Positions 28,635-38,276 of a DNA stretch of 48,371 nt are shown here, piece after piece. Origin of the DNA: Bacteroidota bacterium (GTDB lineage Bacteria; Bacteroidota; Bacteroidia; UKL13-3); assembly GCA_041302975.1 (NCBI GenBank), contig JBFYQC010000262.1:1-48371 (forward strand), given 5' to 3'. A program made the translations under genes and the position numbers. The notes under the pieces are model-generated. The model saw only the letters and a list, made by a program, of their open reading frames with translations. It did not search any database and was not told the origin of the DNA. Numbering within the stretch: the stretch's first letter is position 1; every line of letters begins with the position of its first letter.

Positions 28635-30398
28635 ATGTCGACCGAAGAATTAATAAGCAAAGACGCAGTGAGTAAAGGATTAAAGCTTCAAAAACTGAAA
28701 CTCGCCTCACTTGCTCCTTTAATTATTAAAGCATTGAAGCTTGAAAAAGTAAATAAACTATACGCAAACCATGCCGAAACTAAAGGGATAACATTTGCTG
28801 ACGAAATATTAAATGAACTTCAGGTGGCTTATGAATTTAATCCCGATGAATTAAAAAACGTACCACAACACGAACCATTTATAGTGGTAGCCAATCATCC
28901 ATACGGTGGCATTGATGGTTTGATGTTATTGCGCATACTTACGCAAGCCAGACCCGATTTTAAAATCATGGCTAATTTTTTATTGCAACTCATCCCATCA
29001 CTTAAAGAAAATTTTGTATCAGTTAATCCGTTTGAGAAAAGCAGCAAAACTGGGATGAATGTAAGTGGAATAAAAAAGAGCTTGCAACTTTTGCAGGAAG
29101 GCCATCCTGTTGGTATTTTTCCTGCAGGCGAGGTTTCATCACTGCAACTAAACACTTTAAAAATTAGTGACAAATTATGGAATCCGGTTGTTGGGAAAAT
29201 GATTATGAAAGCGCAAGTAAAAGTGGTTCCTGTTTATTTTAGCGGGCATAACAGCATAGCATTTAACCTACTTGGATTAGTACACCCAGCTTTGCGTACA
29301 GCCAAATTACCATCAGAGTTATTTAATAAGACCAAAGAAAAAATACAAATCCGCATTGGCAAACCCATTAATATAAAAACCATTGCTGAGTTTAAAGACC
29401 CCAATGAATTGCTGCGATTTTTACGCGCTAAAACATACGCATTAGAATCTTCATTAGAGGTAGAGCCGCATTCGTTTATTTCTAAATTAAAGTTTCAAAA
29501 ATTACAAGAACCGCAAGTTATTATTAGCGAAACCCCAACCCAACTTATTATAGAGGACATAGCGCAGTTGGCCGAAAAAGATTTATTGGTAACCCACAAC
29601 AATTATAAAGTATACATCGCCAGTGCACGAAACATACCAAGTGTATTAAGGGAAATTTCGAGGTTACGTGAAATTACGTTTAGAGAAGTAGGCGAAGGCA
29701 CCAACCAAAGTTGCGATACCGATGAGTACGACTTAACCTACAAGCATTTATTTATTTGGGATGAAACGCACAAAAAAATTGTTGGTGCCTATCGTATAGG
29801 CTTAGGTGATATTTTACATAGGCGTTACAAGAAAAAAGGATTTTATCTGAACGAGTTGTTTAAAATACATAAAGACTTTAATCCTGTTTTAAAAAACAGC
29901 TTAGAGTTGGGACGTTCGTTTGTAACCAAAGAATACCAACGTAAACCTTTTAGTTTAGTATTGCTCTGGAAAGGTGTAAATGCATTTTTACAACAAAATC
30001 CTAACCGGTATAAATACTTAATTGGCCCTGTAAGTATTAGTAATAATTTCACTTCTTTATCAAAAGATTTATTGGTTGATTTTATCAAGAAAAACTATTT
30101 TGATGAAACACTTGCTGAACATGTTAAACCACGCAAAAAATATAAGTATCAACACAAAGGGGAAGGAGCCGCATTAATGAACATGTCGAAAAACGACATA
30201 AAGGCACTAGACAATATAATTGAAGATATTGAATTAGAACATACTAAAATACCTGTATTGCTTAAAAAGTATTTAAAACAAAATGCCAAAATTATCGCTT
30301 TTAACATCGACCCCAAATTTAACAACTCGCTTGATGGATTTTTGGTGATGGAGGTTAGTGATATTCCTGAAGATACTTTTGAAATGGTAATGAAGTAA
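28635..30398 (+). CDS. Bifunctional acyltransferase: an N-terminal PlsC/OlsA-like O-acyltransferase fused to a C-terminal OlsB/GNAT-like N-acyltransferase (OlsF-like aminolipid synthase)
   Basis: N-terminal VVANHPYGGIDGLML and GIFPAGEVS (acyltransferase blocks). The C-terminal half carries REITFREVGEGT...DEYD. Length is 587 aa, and the domain order matches that described for OlsF. Confidence 0.65.
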   Translation: MSTEELISKDAVSKGLKLQKLKLASLAPLIIKALKLEKVNKLYANHAETKGITFADEILNELQVAYEFNPDELKNVPQHEPFIVVANHPYGGIDGLMLLRILTQARPDFKIMANFLLQLIPSLKENFVSVNPFEKSSKTGMNVSGIKKSLQLLQEGHPVGIFPAGEVSSLQLNTLKISDKLWNPVVGKMIMKAQVKVVPVYFSGHNSIAFNLLGLVHPALRTAKLPSELFNKTKEKIQIRIGKPINIKTIAEFKDPNELLRFLRAKTYALESSLEVEPHSFISKLKFQKLQEPQVIISETPTQLIIEDIAQLAEKDLLVTHNNYKVYIASARNIPSVLREISRLREITFREVGEGTNQSCDTDEYDLTYKHLFIWDETHKKIVGAYRIGLGDILHRRYKKKGFYLNELFKIHKDFNPVLKNSLELGRSFVTKEYQRKPFSLVLLWKGVNAFLQQNPNRYKYLIGPVSISNNFTSLSKDLLVDFIKKNYFDETLAEHVKPRKKYKYQHKGEGAALMNMSKNDIKALDNIIEDIELEHTKIPVLLKKYLKQNAKIIAFNIDPKFNNSLDGFLVMEVSDIPEDTFEMVMK

Positions 30399-30449
30399 AA
30401 ATTGATTTAGTGCCTGATATTATTTAAACTCGTGTTAAACAATATCACA

Positions 30450-30806
30450 ATGAAAAAGATTCACATAAGCGAAAAACAAGTTTCATTCGTCTTTCTATTT
30501 GCACTTTTCTATTTGATTTTTACGTCATTAATTTCAATGGTGGGTCACCATTGGGGTTTTATATCGTATAATGATACGTTTGATACGTTTAGAAATGACA
30601 CATTGATGTATGTATTATTACCAATAGTAGCATTGATTAAAATTTTACAATTAGTTGGTGTGTTACCAAAAAACAGACCAATAACCGAGATTTATATCAG
30701 CGAAAATAATCCGCAAGCATACAAGTTAATAAAATATGGAAAGATGGTGCTTACTGTTGCTGCATTTATTATTGTGTTATTTGTTATTGCGGATAAACTC
30801 TTTTAA
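30450..30806 (+). CDS. Small hypothetical membrane protein. The ATG at 30450 is preferred; the ORF track uses a GTG at 30432.
   Basis: Three hydrophobic helices. No family was recognised. Confidence 0.45.
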   Translation: MKKIHISEKQVSFVFLFALFYLIFTSLISMVGHHWGFISYNDTFDTFRNDTLMYVLLPIVALIKILQLVGVLPKNRPITEIYISENNPQAYKLIKYGKMVLTVAAFIIVLFVIADKLF

Positions 30807-30811
30807 AATCA

Positions 30812-31444
30812 TTATTCTATAATCTTTAGTTGCATAGCAATTTTAATAAGCTCGGCAATGCTGTGTACTTCTAGCTTGCGCATAATGTTGGTACGGTGTG
30901 TATCCACAGTACGTGGGCTGATGTGAATTTTATCGCCAATTTCAGTATGCGATAATCCTTGTGCCACATATCTTACAATCTCACGCTCGCGTGGTGTTAA
31001 TATATACCGTTTATCGATGCTTTCATCCACCCGATTTAATTCTTTAGCTACATCACCACTAAAATAAGTGCCACCATTTGCTATTAATTTTAAAGCAGTA
31101 ATTAACTCTTGTTTACCGGTATTTTTCAAAACATAACCTTTAACACCAGCATCAATCATATCTGTGATTACAGCCTTATCGCCAAACATACTTAAAGCCA
31201 AAATCTTTTGTTCTGGTTTAATTCTTCTAATTGCGTTGGCAAATTGTAATCCATTCATCTCGGGCATATTAATGTCAGTTACAACTACATCAACATCCAT
31301 TTTTTTAATATGGTCAATTGCTTCTATGCTTCTCAAGGCTTCGCCAAGAATTTTAAAATCGCTTTCGTTTAATAACAAAGCTTTAATGCCATCAATCAAC
31401 ATCTGATGGTCGTCAATAATAAAAACAGTAATAGGATTTTGCAT
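30812..31444 (-). CDS. NarL/LuxR-family response regulator (REC + HTH)
   Basis: FIIDDH...DVVVTDINMPEMNG...LSMF...GYVLK receiver motifs. C-terminal LTPREREIVRYVAQGLSHTEIGDKIHISPRTVDTHRTNIMRKL. Confidence 0.9.
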   Translation of the reverse strand: MQNPITVFIIDDHQMLIDGIKALLLNESDFKILGEALRSIEAIDHIKKMDVDVVVTDINMPEMNGLQFANAIRRIKPEQKILALSMFGDKAVITDMIDAGVKGYVLKNTGKQELITALKLIANGGTYFSGDVAKELNRVDESIDKRYILTPREREIVRYVAQGLSHTEIGDKIHISPRTVDTHRTNIMRKLEVHSIAELIKIAMQLKIIE

Positions 31445-31479
31445 AAACGTTAGGGCATTTAAACTAAGATCAAATAAAC

Positions 31480-31508
31480 GAAAAAAGGTCGGTATAAAAC
31501 CGACCTTT
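31480..31508 (-). terminator. Rho-independent terminator after the transaldolase gene
   Basis: On the minus strand: AAAGGTCGGT-TTTAT-ACCGACCTTT followed by TTTTTT. Confidence 0.8.
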
Positions 31509-31532
31509 ATAAAATATTCTTACTTAAAGCAA

Positions 31533-32189
31533 TTAGCTATTGGCTTTTTTGTGATCTGCTAAAAACTGTGCTAAACCCTTATCCGTTAATGGATGATTTA
31601 ATAATGCTAAAATAGCGCTTAACGGACTCGTTATTACATGAGCACCATATTGTGCTGATTTAATAATGTGAACAGGATTACGAATTGATGCTGCTAAAAT
31701 TTGGGTTTGATAAGATTGCACCGCAAAAATTTGAGAGATTTCTGCAATTAAATTCATACCATCATAGCTAATATCATCTAATCGGCCAACAAACGGAGAA
31801 ATATATGTAGCACCAGCTTTGGCTGCTAAAATAGCTTGACCCGAACTAAAAATTAATGTACAATTAGTGCGAATACCCTTTGATGAAAAATACTTTATTG
31901 CTTTAATACCATCTTTAATCATTGGTATTTTAACAACTATATTTTCATGCAATGCTGCAAGTCTTTCTCCTTCAGCAATCATACCTTCATAATCAGTGCT
32001 TATTACTTCTGCACTCACATCTCCATCTACAATATTGCAAATATCAACATAGTGTTTTAAAATAGCTTCTTCACCCTTAATACCTTCTTTAGCCATTAAT
32101 GAAGGATTGGTAGTTACACCATCTAAAATCCCAAGGTCGTTTGCCTCAGCAATTTGAGCCAAATTGGCTGTATCAATAAAAAATTTCAT
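31533..32189 (-). CDS. tal: Short-type transaldolase / fructose-6-phosphate aldolase. The start was moved to MKFFIDT; the ORF-track N-terminal extension was rejected.
   Basis: [31 protein letters not shown] and the active-site region VVKIP. Length is 218 aa. Confidence 0.9.
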   Translation of the reverse strand: MKFFIDTANLAQIAEANDLGILDGVTTNPSLMAKEGIKGEEAILKHYVDICNIVDGDVSAEVISTDYEGMIAEGERLAALHENIVVKIPMIKDGIKAIKYFSSKGIRTNCTLIFSSGQAILAAKAGATYISPFVGRLDDISYDGMNLIAEISQIFAVQSYQTQILAASIRNPVHIIKSAQYGAHVITSPLSAILALLNHPLTDKGLAQFLADHKKANS

Positions 32190-32252
32190 TACTATTAAAT
32201 TTGCATGCAAGATTAAGGTTTTTAGGTGTATAATTATAATTATTTTAAAACA

Positions 32253-32834
32253 ATGACAGATCAGGAGTTTTGGGACAATAAGTGGCAAAAAGGTCAAACG
32301 GGATGGGATTTAAAAGGCGTTTCACCTGCATTAAAACAATATATTGATCAGCTAACCAATAAAAATACGCGTATTTTAATACCAGGATGCGGCAATGCTT
32401 ATGAAGCTAATTATTTGTTGCAACAAGGATTTAATCATGTATCTGTAATTGATATTGCCCCCACATTAACTGAACAACTCCTTATCAAACTCAAATCATT
32501 TATTGATGATGGTAAACTTCATGTTATTTGTGGTGATTTTTTTGAGCATGAATTAACCTATGATGTAATTATTGAACAAACCTTTTTTTGTGCCATCAAC
32601 CCAACACAAAGAGCCGATTATGCAAAACACATGCATAAACTATTAGCTCCTGAAGGCAAATTGGTAGGTTTACTATTTAACACCAAGTTTGATGGCGGAC
32701 CACCATTTGGTGGTGATACAAAGGAATACATTACTTATTTCGAGCCACATTTTAAGCACATCAGTTTTACACCATGTATGAATTCAATAACACCGCGTCA
32801 AGGTAAGGAGATTTGGATAGAGATAGAAAAGTAA
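32253..32834 (+). CDS. SAM-dependent methyltransferase, TPMT-like family (start at MTDQEFW)
   Basis: [14 protein letters not shown] and [12 protein letters not shown] (SAM motif I). Length is about 193 aa. Confidence 0.7.
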   Translation: MTDQEFWDNKWQKGQTGWDLKGVSPALKQYIDQLTNKNTRILIPGCGNAYEANYLLQQGFNHVSVIDIAPTLTEQLLIKLKSFIDDGKLHVICGDFFEHELTYDVIIEQTFFCAINPTQRADYAKHMHKLLAPEGKLVGLLFNTKFDGGPPFGGDTKEYITYFEPHFKHISFTPCMNSITPRQGKEIWIEIEK

Positions 32835-32895
32835 CAAATAAAGAAGCGAACCTAAAACCAATCAGATTCGCTTTTGTATAACAACCTACAACTAA

Positions 32896-35277
32896 CTAAA
32901 TTTTTACACCAACACCAATATACCACACACGTCCTTCGGCAGGTAATAGACCCGGACCAGGATAGCCACCGGCTCTGCGGGTGAAGTATTTTGTATCAAA
33001 AACATTGTTTATACCCCCACTTATGTGGTAAGATTTTTTCACCATTAATTGAAACGACCAATCAGCTACCTCGTAACTTGGAATTAAACCCGAAGTTGCA
33101 TTAGCATTGGGTTTATTTGTATTTAAAGCATCAGCAAATGCATCACCTACCATACTAAATTGTGCAGAAGTTGTAAACCCTTTATAGCGGTACGTTAAAC
33201 CAAAACGGTGAATATACTTTGGTGCATTCTCCACACGTTTTCCGGTTTGATTTTTATTGATATCAGGATCGTTCCATGATACATACTCGGCTTGCGTAAA
33301 GGCCATTGTTGCAAACACATTAAAATGTCCTCCTTTAAATGTTTTAAACAAATTAGTTGGCGATACTTCTATATAGCTTTCAATACCTTTACTTTCTGAG
33401 GCACCGATATTAGTTCGGTAATTTTTTCCATTTACCGTATAACTTCCAATTCTGTTACCGTAACGCATATAATAAGCGCTTATATCAAAACTTACCAAAC
33501 GACCTAAACTACCACGGTATCCTAAGTCAAAGTTATAACCAGAGGCATCTTTTAAATTAGGGTTGATTGAATCGGTGGTGGCCACAGATATATCACTAAA
33601 TAATACCGGACGATAACCTTGTGTAATATTAGCATACACATTGGTATTGCTTGTAACTTTATATTGGCTTCCTATTCCTAATAATACAAAGCTGCGATTA
33701 CTGTTACGGTCAACATTTTTAGCATCTAAAATACCTTTTGCTATATTTTTCAAATACTCATAACGCACGCCTGGTGTAATACTTAAACGCTTGTTGAAGT
33801 TAAATAAATTTTCTGCGAAAAATGCAATATTCTGGGTATTAAAAGTCAAGTCACGACTTAATATATTTTGTTCTGTTGCTAAAATATATTCCGTTCCGCG
33901 GTTACCAAATTTGTTTTGAATTCTATCTGTATTGCCCACATAATATCTACCACCAACGGCCAACGATTGTTTTTGTTTACCAAAATTGTATGTGTGTAAA
34001 TGACGGGCTTCAACCCCATAATTATTGTATTTGTCCTGATCAACCAAACGTAAACCATAAATACCATTCGCATCTTTTACATCAGCCGTGTTAATCGCAC
34101 TCATAAAGCCAATACTTGAGCGTTCCCCTGTCAAACCAAAAGCTTTTATATTTAATTTATGGTTGGTGTTTATCTGATAATCGAAGTTTAATGCTGCAAT
34201 GTTCCAAACCAATTTAAACCAATTACGACTACGAATAGATTGTTGTGCATCTGCTTTGTACATCGAATCAGTTAAACCACCTGGTTGTTGTACTAACTGA
34301 TCCATGCGCGTATACTCGGCATTGATTGTAATTTTTTTAGTAAGTTGGTAACCAATATTTACAAATCCATTCCAAGTGTTGTATCCATTATTTTGTCTCC
34401 AACCATCTGACCTACGATAATTGATATTAGCGTAATAACTAAGTTTTTTGTAGTTGCCTCCAATGGCATTAAATGTACTAAACATCCCATAGCTTCCTAT
34501 AGTTTGTGTACTTTCAATACCTAACTTTTTACCACTAACCGAACGCTTTTTTACGTAATTAATCACACCACCAAATTGTGGACCATATTGCAAAGAGGCA
34601 GCACCTCTAATTACTTCTATTCTATCTAACGATTCAACCGAAGGTGTATAGTAAGCTTCAGGATAACCAAAAGGATCGGCCGCTATATCATAACCATTTT
34701 GACGGGTGTTAAACTCCCACATTCTATTTGGGCTTAACCCTCTTGATGCAACTCCCATTTGAACACCACTACCATCACTTTCCCATACCTGAATACCAGG
34801 CACTTTTGCAAACAATTGACGTGAATTGTTTTGTGCTAAATTTGCAGTTCCTGTTGATAAACGAATAACCTCTGTTTTTTTTCCGGCATATATCACATTA
34901 TCTTTTACATCTGGCATACGCTCTATGCCTTTGTTAACACTTAAGTCTTTAATCTCCAATTCTGGTAACTGTAAGTTATTATGTAAAACAACATATGCCA
35001 AATCAACATCTTTGGTTTCATCCTCTACAGTAAAAAAAATCAAGGTAACTAACTGTCCACCTTTTTCTGTTTTTAACTCGTAGTTTCCTTTAAAAATATG
35101 CTCAAATACAAAAACACCACTCAGATTTGTGGTAGTTTGTATACCATTAGTGAGGTACAACATTTGATTGGCTTGTGGCACTTGACTATCACTAACTAAT
35201 ATTCCTTTAACATTTGAGGCATTTAAAGAACTTAATGCACAAAGGAATAGAACTAAAACATGTAAACCTTTCTTCAT
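32896..35277 (-). CDS. TonB-dependent outer-membrane receptor with an N-terminal carboxypeptidase-regulatory-like domain
   Basis: Signal peptide. Plug motifs IEVIRGAASLQYGPQFGGVINYV. A beta-barrel rich in alternating aromatic residues. Length is 793 aa. Confidence 0.9.
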   Translation of the reverse strand: MKKGLHVLVLFLCALSSLNASNVKGILVSDSQVPQANQMLYLTNGIQTTTNLSGVFVFEHIFKGNYELKTEKGGQLVTLIFFTVEDETKDVDLAYVVLHNNLQLPELEIKDLSVNKGIERMPDVKDNVIYAGKKTEVIRLSTGTANLAQNNSRQLFAKVPGIQVWESDGSGVQMGVASRGLSPNRMWEFNTRQNGYDIAADPFGYPEAYYTPSVESLDRIEVIRGAASLQYGPQFGGVINYVKKRSVSGKKLGIESTQTIGSYGMFSTFNAIGGNYKKLSYYANINYRRSDGWRQNNGYNTWNGFVNIGYQLTKKITINAEYTRMDQLVQQPGGLTDSMYKADAQQSIRSRNWFKLVWNIAALNFDYQINTNHKLNIKAFGLTGERSSIGFMSAINTADVKDANGIYGLRLVDQDKYNNYGVEARHLHTYNFGKQKQSLAVGGRYYVGNTDRIQNKFGNRGTEYILATEQNILSRDLTFNTQNIAFFAENLFNFNKRLSITPGVRYEYLKNIAKGILDAKNVDRNSNRSFVLLGIGSQYKVTSNTNVYANITQGYRPVLFSDISVATTDSINPNLKDASGYNFDLGYRGSLGRLVSFDISAYYMRYGNRIGSYTVNGKNYRTNIGASESKGIESYIEVSPTNLFKTFKGGHFNVFATMAFTQAEYVSWNDPDINKNQTGKRVENAPKYIHRFGLTYRYKGFTTSAQFSMVGDAFADALNTNKPNANATSGLIPSYEVADWSFQLMVKKSYHISGGINNVFDTKYFTRRAGGYPGPGLLPAEGRVWYIGVGVKI

Positions 35278-35303
35278 AAAAACAATTGCTATTAAATCGG
35301 CAG

Positions 35304-35311
35304 CAAATATA
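35304..35311 (-). promoter_or_regulatory. Candidate -7 box TATATTTG for the TonB-dependent receptor gene
   Basis: Exact TAnnTTTG on the minus strand, 26 nt upstream of the ATG. Confidence 0.4.
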
Positions 35312-35377
35312 TTTAAATAGATTTAGTCTAAATAAGAATAAGGATGACATTTATCAGAAAAAGTAAATTCTATTTCA

Positions 35378-35413
35378 CAAAAAAGCCGCGGGTAACAAAT
35401 TACCTGCGGCTTA
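35378..35413 (-). terminator. Rho-independent terminator after the TerB-like gene
   Basis: On the minus strand: AAGCCGCAGGTAA-TTTG-TTACCCGCGGCTT (one G-T pair) followed by TTTTTGTG. Confidence 0.75.
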
Positions 35414-35431
35414 TAAGCTTGTAAACAAACA

Positions 35432-35797
35432 CTATTCAATATCCCATGTATCGTACAAAATATTAATTAGCTTATTTTCACTGGCTTGCATTGAATCGTC
35501 AGCCATTGCCACTTCCATAGCAAAATGAGTTAATGTATGACGCTCATCTTCGTTAGTAATGGTATAAAAATGTTCGGCTGTTTCCAAAAAATGTTTCTCA
35601 TGCTCTTCTTCAGGCAATGCACGCAAAAAAGCTTGTTCCTTAATCAAATCTAATTCACCATTAAAATGATCATTTAAAAAATCAATTACAACAGCACTTT
35701 CTGCTTGTTGTACCTTACCATCGGCCAATGAGAGTAACATTAACATATGAAATCCGGCCTCCACTTTGCTCATTTTTTTTATAAACTGCGTTTGCAT
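35432..35797 (-). CDS. TerB-like (tellurite-resistance TerB/DjlA N-domain fold) small protein
   Basis: Two ADG/ADD...E repeats: LLSLADGKVQQAESAVVIDFL and VAMADDSMQASENKLINIL. Length is 121 aa. Confidence 0.55.
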   Translation of the reverse strand: MQTQFIKKMSKVEAGFHMLMLLSLADGKVQQAESAVVIDFLNDHFNGELDLIKEQAFLRALPEEEHEKHFLETAEHFYTITNEDERHTLTHFAMEVAMADDSMQASENKLINILYDTWDIE

Positions 35798-35860
35798 AAC
35801 TGAAATTTTTAATCAGGTAGAAAGGTAAAATATAATTTTTATTGCACCAAATAATTAAGA

Positions 35861-36295
35861 TTACTTTTTGGTTGTATTTATAACCACTTCACCATTACGG
35901 TAATTAATTATTGCTTTATATTTCATAAAAAAGTCACTTCCTATTACACCATCAATTGGCGGTAAATTTATTTGCCTGTAGGTTTCATTAACATGCGCAA
36001 TAGGCAATACAGCAACTTCCAATTTAGCAAAAGATAATTTACCAATGGTTAAATTCTTTAGTTTTACTACCATGGTCTCCATTTCGGCCACACCTAATCC
36101 AACTGATTTACTGTCGTTTGTTTTAATCTTTTTTTCTTTTACAAATTGCAAAACACGTTCGCTATCAAAAACAGTTTTACTAGCGCCAGTATCAACCAAA
36201 AGACGAGCTGTTTTATTGCCAATTTTTAGAGCTATAAATAAGTGGTAGTTCTTTTTCTCCAACTCACATACTTCCATCTTTATTTTGTACTTCAT
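35861..36295 (-). CDS. Single-domain retropepsin-like (clan AA) aspartic protease, with no signal peptide
   Basis: Catalytic LLVDTGASKTVFD and the later flap/dimer element IDGVIGSDFF. Length is 144 aa. Confidence 0.7.
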   Translation of the reverse strand: MKYKIKMEVCELEKKNYHLFIALKIGNKTARLLVDTGASKTVFDSERVLQFVKEKKIKTNDSKSVGLGVAEMETMVVKLKNLTIGKLSFAKLEVAVLPIAHVNETYRQINLPPIDGVIGSDFFMKYKAIINYRNGEVVINTTKK

Positions 36296-36313
36296 ATTAT
36301 TATTTAATCAATA

Positions 36314-36346
36314 AAACAAAAAGACGTTTCAAATTGAAACGTCTCT
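36314..36346 (-). terminator. Rho-independent terminator after mdh
   Basis: On the minus strand: AGACGTTTC-AATTT-GAAACGTCT followed by TTTTGTTTTATT. Confidence 0.75.
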
Positions 36347-36380
36347 TTTATAGAATAACTTAAATAAGGTGTTTTTAGTA

Positions 36381-37322
36381 TTACAATACACCAGTTTCTG
36401 TTAAAACGGCATTCATATTACGAACAGCATCAGCGCTTTTAGCAAACTCAGCTTTCTCAGCATCGTTTAGGTTGTAATCAACAATTGTTTCCCAACCATT
36501 TTTGCCAATTGTTACCGGTACACCTAAACAAATATCTTTTTGTCCATATTCGCCATCTAAGTAAACGCAGCATGGCATCACACGTTTTTGATCACGAACA
36601 ATGCTCTCTACCAACAATGCACTTGCAGCACCTGGTGCGTACCAAGCCGATGTACCTAACAATTTAGTTAATGTGGCACCACCAACCATAGTTGCATCAC
36701 TAATTTCTTTTAATTTATCTGCACTTAATTGGTTTGAAACTGGAACACCATTTAAAGTTGCTAAACGAGTTAACGGAATCATAGTTGTATCACCATGTCC
36801 ACCAATCACTGTACCTTGAATATCTGCAGTTGGTTGATTTAATGCTAAACCTAGGTAACCTTTAAAACGAGCGCTATCTAACAATCCACCCATACCAATA
36901 ATACGGTTTTTAGGTAAACCACTTGCTTTAAGTGCTAAGTAAGTCATGGTATCCATAGGGTTTGAAACCACGACAATAATTGCGTTTGGAGAATGCTTCA
37001 ATACGTTTTCAGTAACAGTTTTAACGATGTTAGCGTTGGTACCGATTAACTCTTCGCGAGTCATACCCGGTTTACGAGGAATACCTGAGGTAATTACCAC
37101 TACATCAGAATTAGCTGTTTTGCTATAATCGTTAGTAGTACCGCTAACGCGGGTTTTCATACCTAATAAAGAAGTAGTTTGATAAATATCTAAAGCTTTG
37201 CCTTCTGCAAAACCTTCTTTAACGTCTAATAATACTACTTCGTCTGCTAACTCGCGGTAAGCAATAACATCTGCAGTTGTAGCACCTACTGCACCTGCTC
37301 CGATAACTGATACTTTTGTCAT
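36381..37322 (-). CDS. mdh: Malate dehydrogenase (LDH-like type)
   Basis: VIGAGAVGATTA, and SGIPRKPGMTREEL with Arg rather than Gln at the substrate-specificity position. Length is 313 aa. Confidence 0.95.
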   Translation of the reverse strand: MTKVSVIGAGAVGATTADVIAYRELADEVVLLDVKEGFAEGKALDIYQTTSLLGMKTRVSGTTNDYSKTANSDVVVITSGIPRKPGMTREELIGTNANIVKTVTENVLKHSPNAIIVVVSNPMDTMTYLALKASGLPKNRIIGMGGLLDSARFKGYLGLALNQPTADIQGTVIGGHGDTTMIPLTRLATLNGVPVSNQLSADKLKEISDATMVGGATLTKLLGTSAWYAPGAASALLVESIVRDQKRVMPCCVYLDGEYGQKDICLGVPVTIGKNGWETIVDYNLNDAEKAEFAKSADAVRNMNAVLTETGVL

Positions 37323-37366
37323 GTTGTATATATGATTAATAAAATTGTTTAACTTCTAAAGTGGTG

Positions 37367-37396
37367 CGAAAATAAGCATGCAAAGCAGAATGCAAA
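37367..37396 (-). promoter_or_regulatory. Candidate mdh promoter: -33 TTTG (37396-37393) and -7 TATTTTCG (37374-37367), with an 18-nt spacer
   Basis: Minus-strand read: cattTTTGcattctgctttgcatgctTATTTTCGcacc, about 45 nt upstream of the ATG. Confidence 0.45.
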
Positions 37397-37486
37397 ATGA
37401 TAGTTTTCAGATTTGAAGTAATTTATTAAAACCTTATGGTTCGATTATTTATAATGTATTATAACTAATTAGCCAAAGCGTGAACA

Positions 37487-38143
37487 CTAATCTATACTCA
37501 TTTCCTTCACATCATCGGCAATTACCAAACGGCCTAACGTTTTCTCTTTAATGTAATCTAAACTCACACCCGGAGCGTATTCAATACATTTAAATCCTTC
37601 GGGAGTAATATCAAATACACCTAACTCGGTGACCACTTTTTTAACGCAACCTAAACCTGTAATTGGTAGTGAGCATTGGGGCAACAATTTACTCTCACCG
37701 GCTTTATTTACGTGTTGCATGGCCACAATAATGTTTTTAGCACTGGCCACTAAATCCATGGCACCGCCCATGCCTTTAACCATTTTGCCCGGAATTTTCC
37801 AATTGGCAATATCTCCGTTATCAGCTACCTCCATAGCACCTAACACGGTTAAGTCTACACGTCCACTGCGAATCATACCAAAACTCATGGCACTATCAAA
37901 AAAACTTGAACCTTTGGTAGTAGTTACTGTTTGTTTTCCTGCGTTAATTAAATCAGCGTCCACGTCTTCTTCGAAAGGAAAAGGGCCAATACCCAACAAC
38001 CCATTTTCTGATTGTAAAATTACTTCAATACCTTGTGGCACATAGTTGGCTACCAATGTAGGAATACCTATACCCAAGTTTACGTAGTAACCATCTTGTA
38101 ATTCTTTTGCGATACGTTTCGCTATTCCAAATTTATCTAACAT
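37487..38143 (-). CDS. scoB: 3-oxoacid CoA-transferase subunit B
   Basis: NLGIGIPTLVANY, SENGLLG (catalytic Glu region) and GMGGAMDL. Length is 218 aa. Confidence 0.9.
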   Translation of the reverse strand: MLDKFGIAKRIAKELQDGYYVNLGIGIPTLVANYVPQGIEVILQSENGLLGIGPFPFEEDVDADLINAGKQTVTTTKGSSFFDSAMSFGMIRSGRVDLTVLGAMEVADNGDIANWKIPGKMVKGMGGAMDLVASAKNIIVAMQHVNKAGESKLLPQCSLPITGLGCVKKVVTELGVFDITPEGFKCIEYAPGVSLDYIKEKTLGRLVIADDVKEMSID

Positions 38144-38276
38144 ACTTTTGGTTTATTGTTGGTTGATTGGTTGATATGGTAATTAGTTGATCGGCTTATT
38201 TAACTAATTGCATTAACCTTCACCCTTTTAAAATTTTATTTATCCATTACCTAATCAACAAGTCAACTAATAACTA

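Noticed and set aside
32190-32297. N-terminal extension of the transaldolase ORF, and the 32226-32252 extension of the methyltransferase ORF
   Set aside because: The extensions overlap each other on opposite strands and are hydrophobic nonsense. The canonical [10 protein letters not shown] and MTDQEFW starts give normal-length proteins.
35278-35431. Riboswitch (cobalamin or TPP) or Fur box upstream of the TonB-dependent receptor
   Set aside because: The leader is only about 100 nt, is AT-rich, and lacks conserved riboswitch cores. It has no convincing match to the GATAATGATAATCATTATC-type Fur box.
37440-37460. tRNA-like T-loop word GGTTCGATT
   Set aside because: The surrounding sequence is AT-rich and cannot form acceptor, D or anticodon stems. 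No tRNA was found anywhere in the window.
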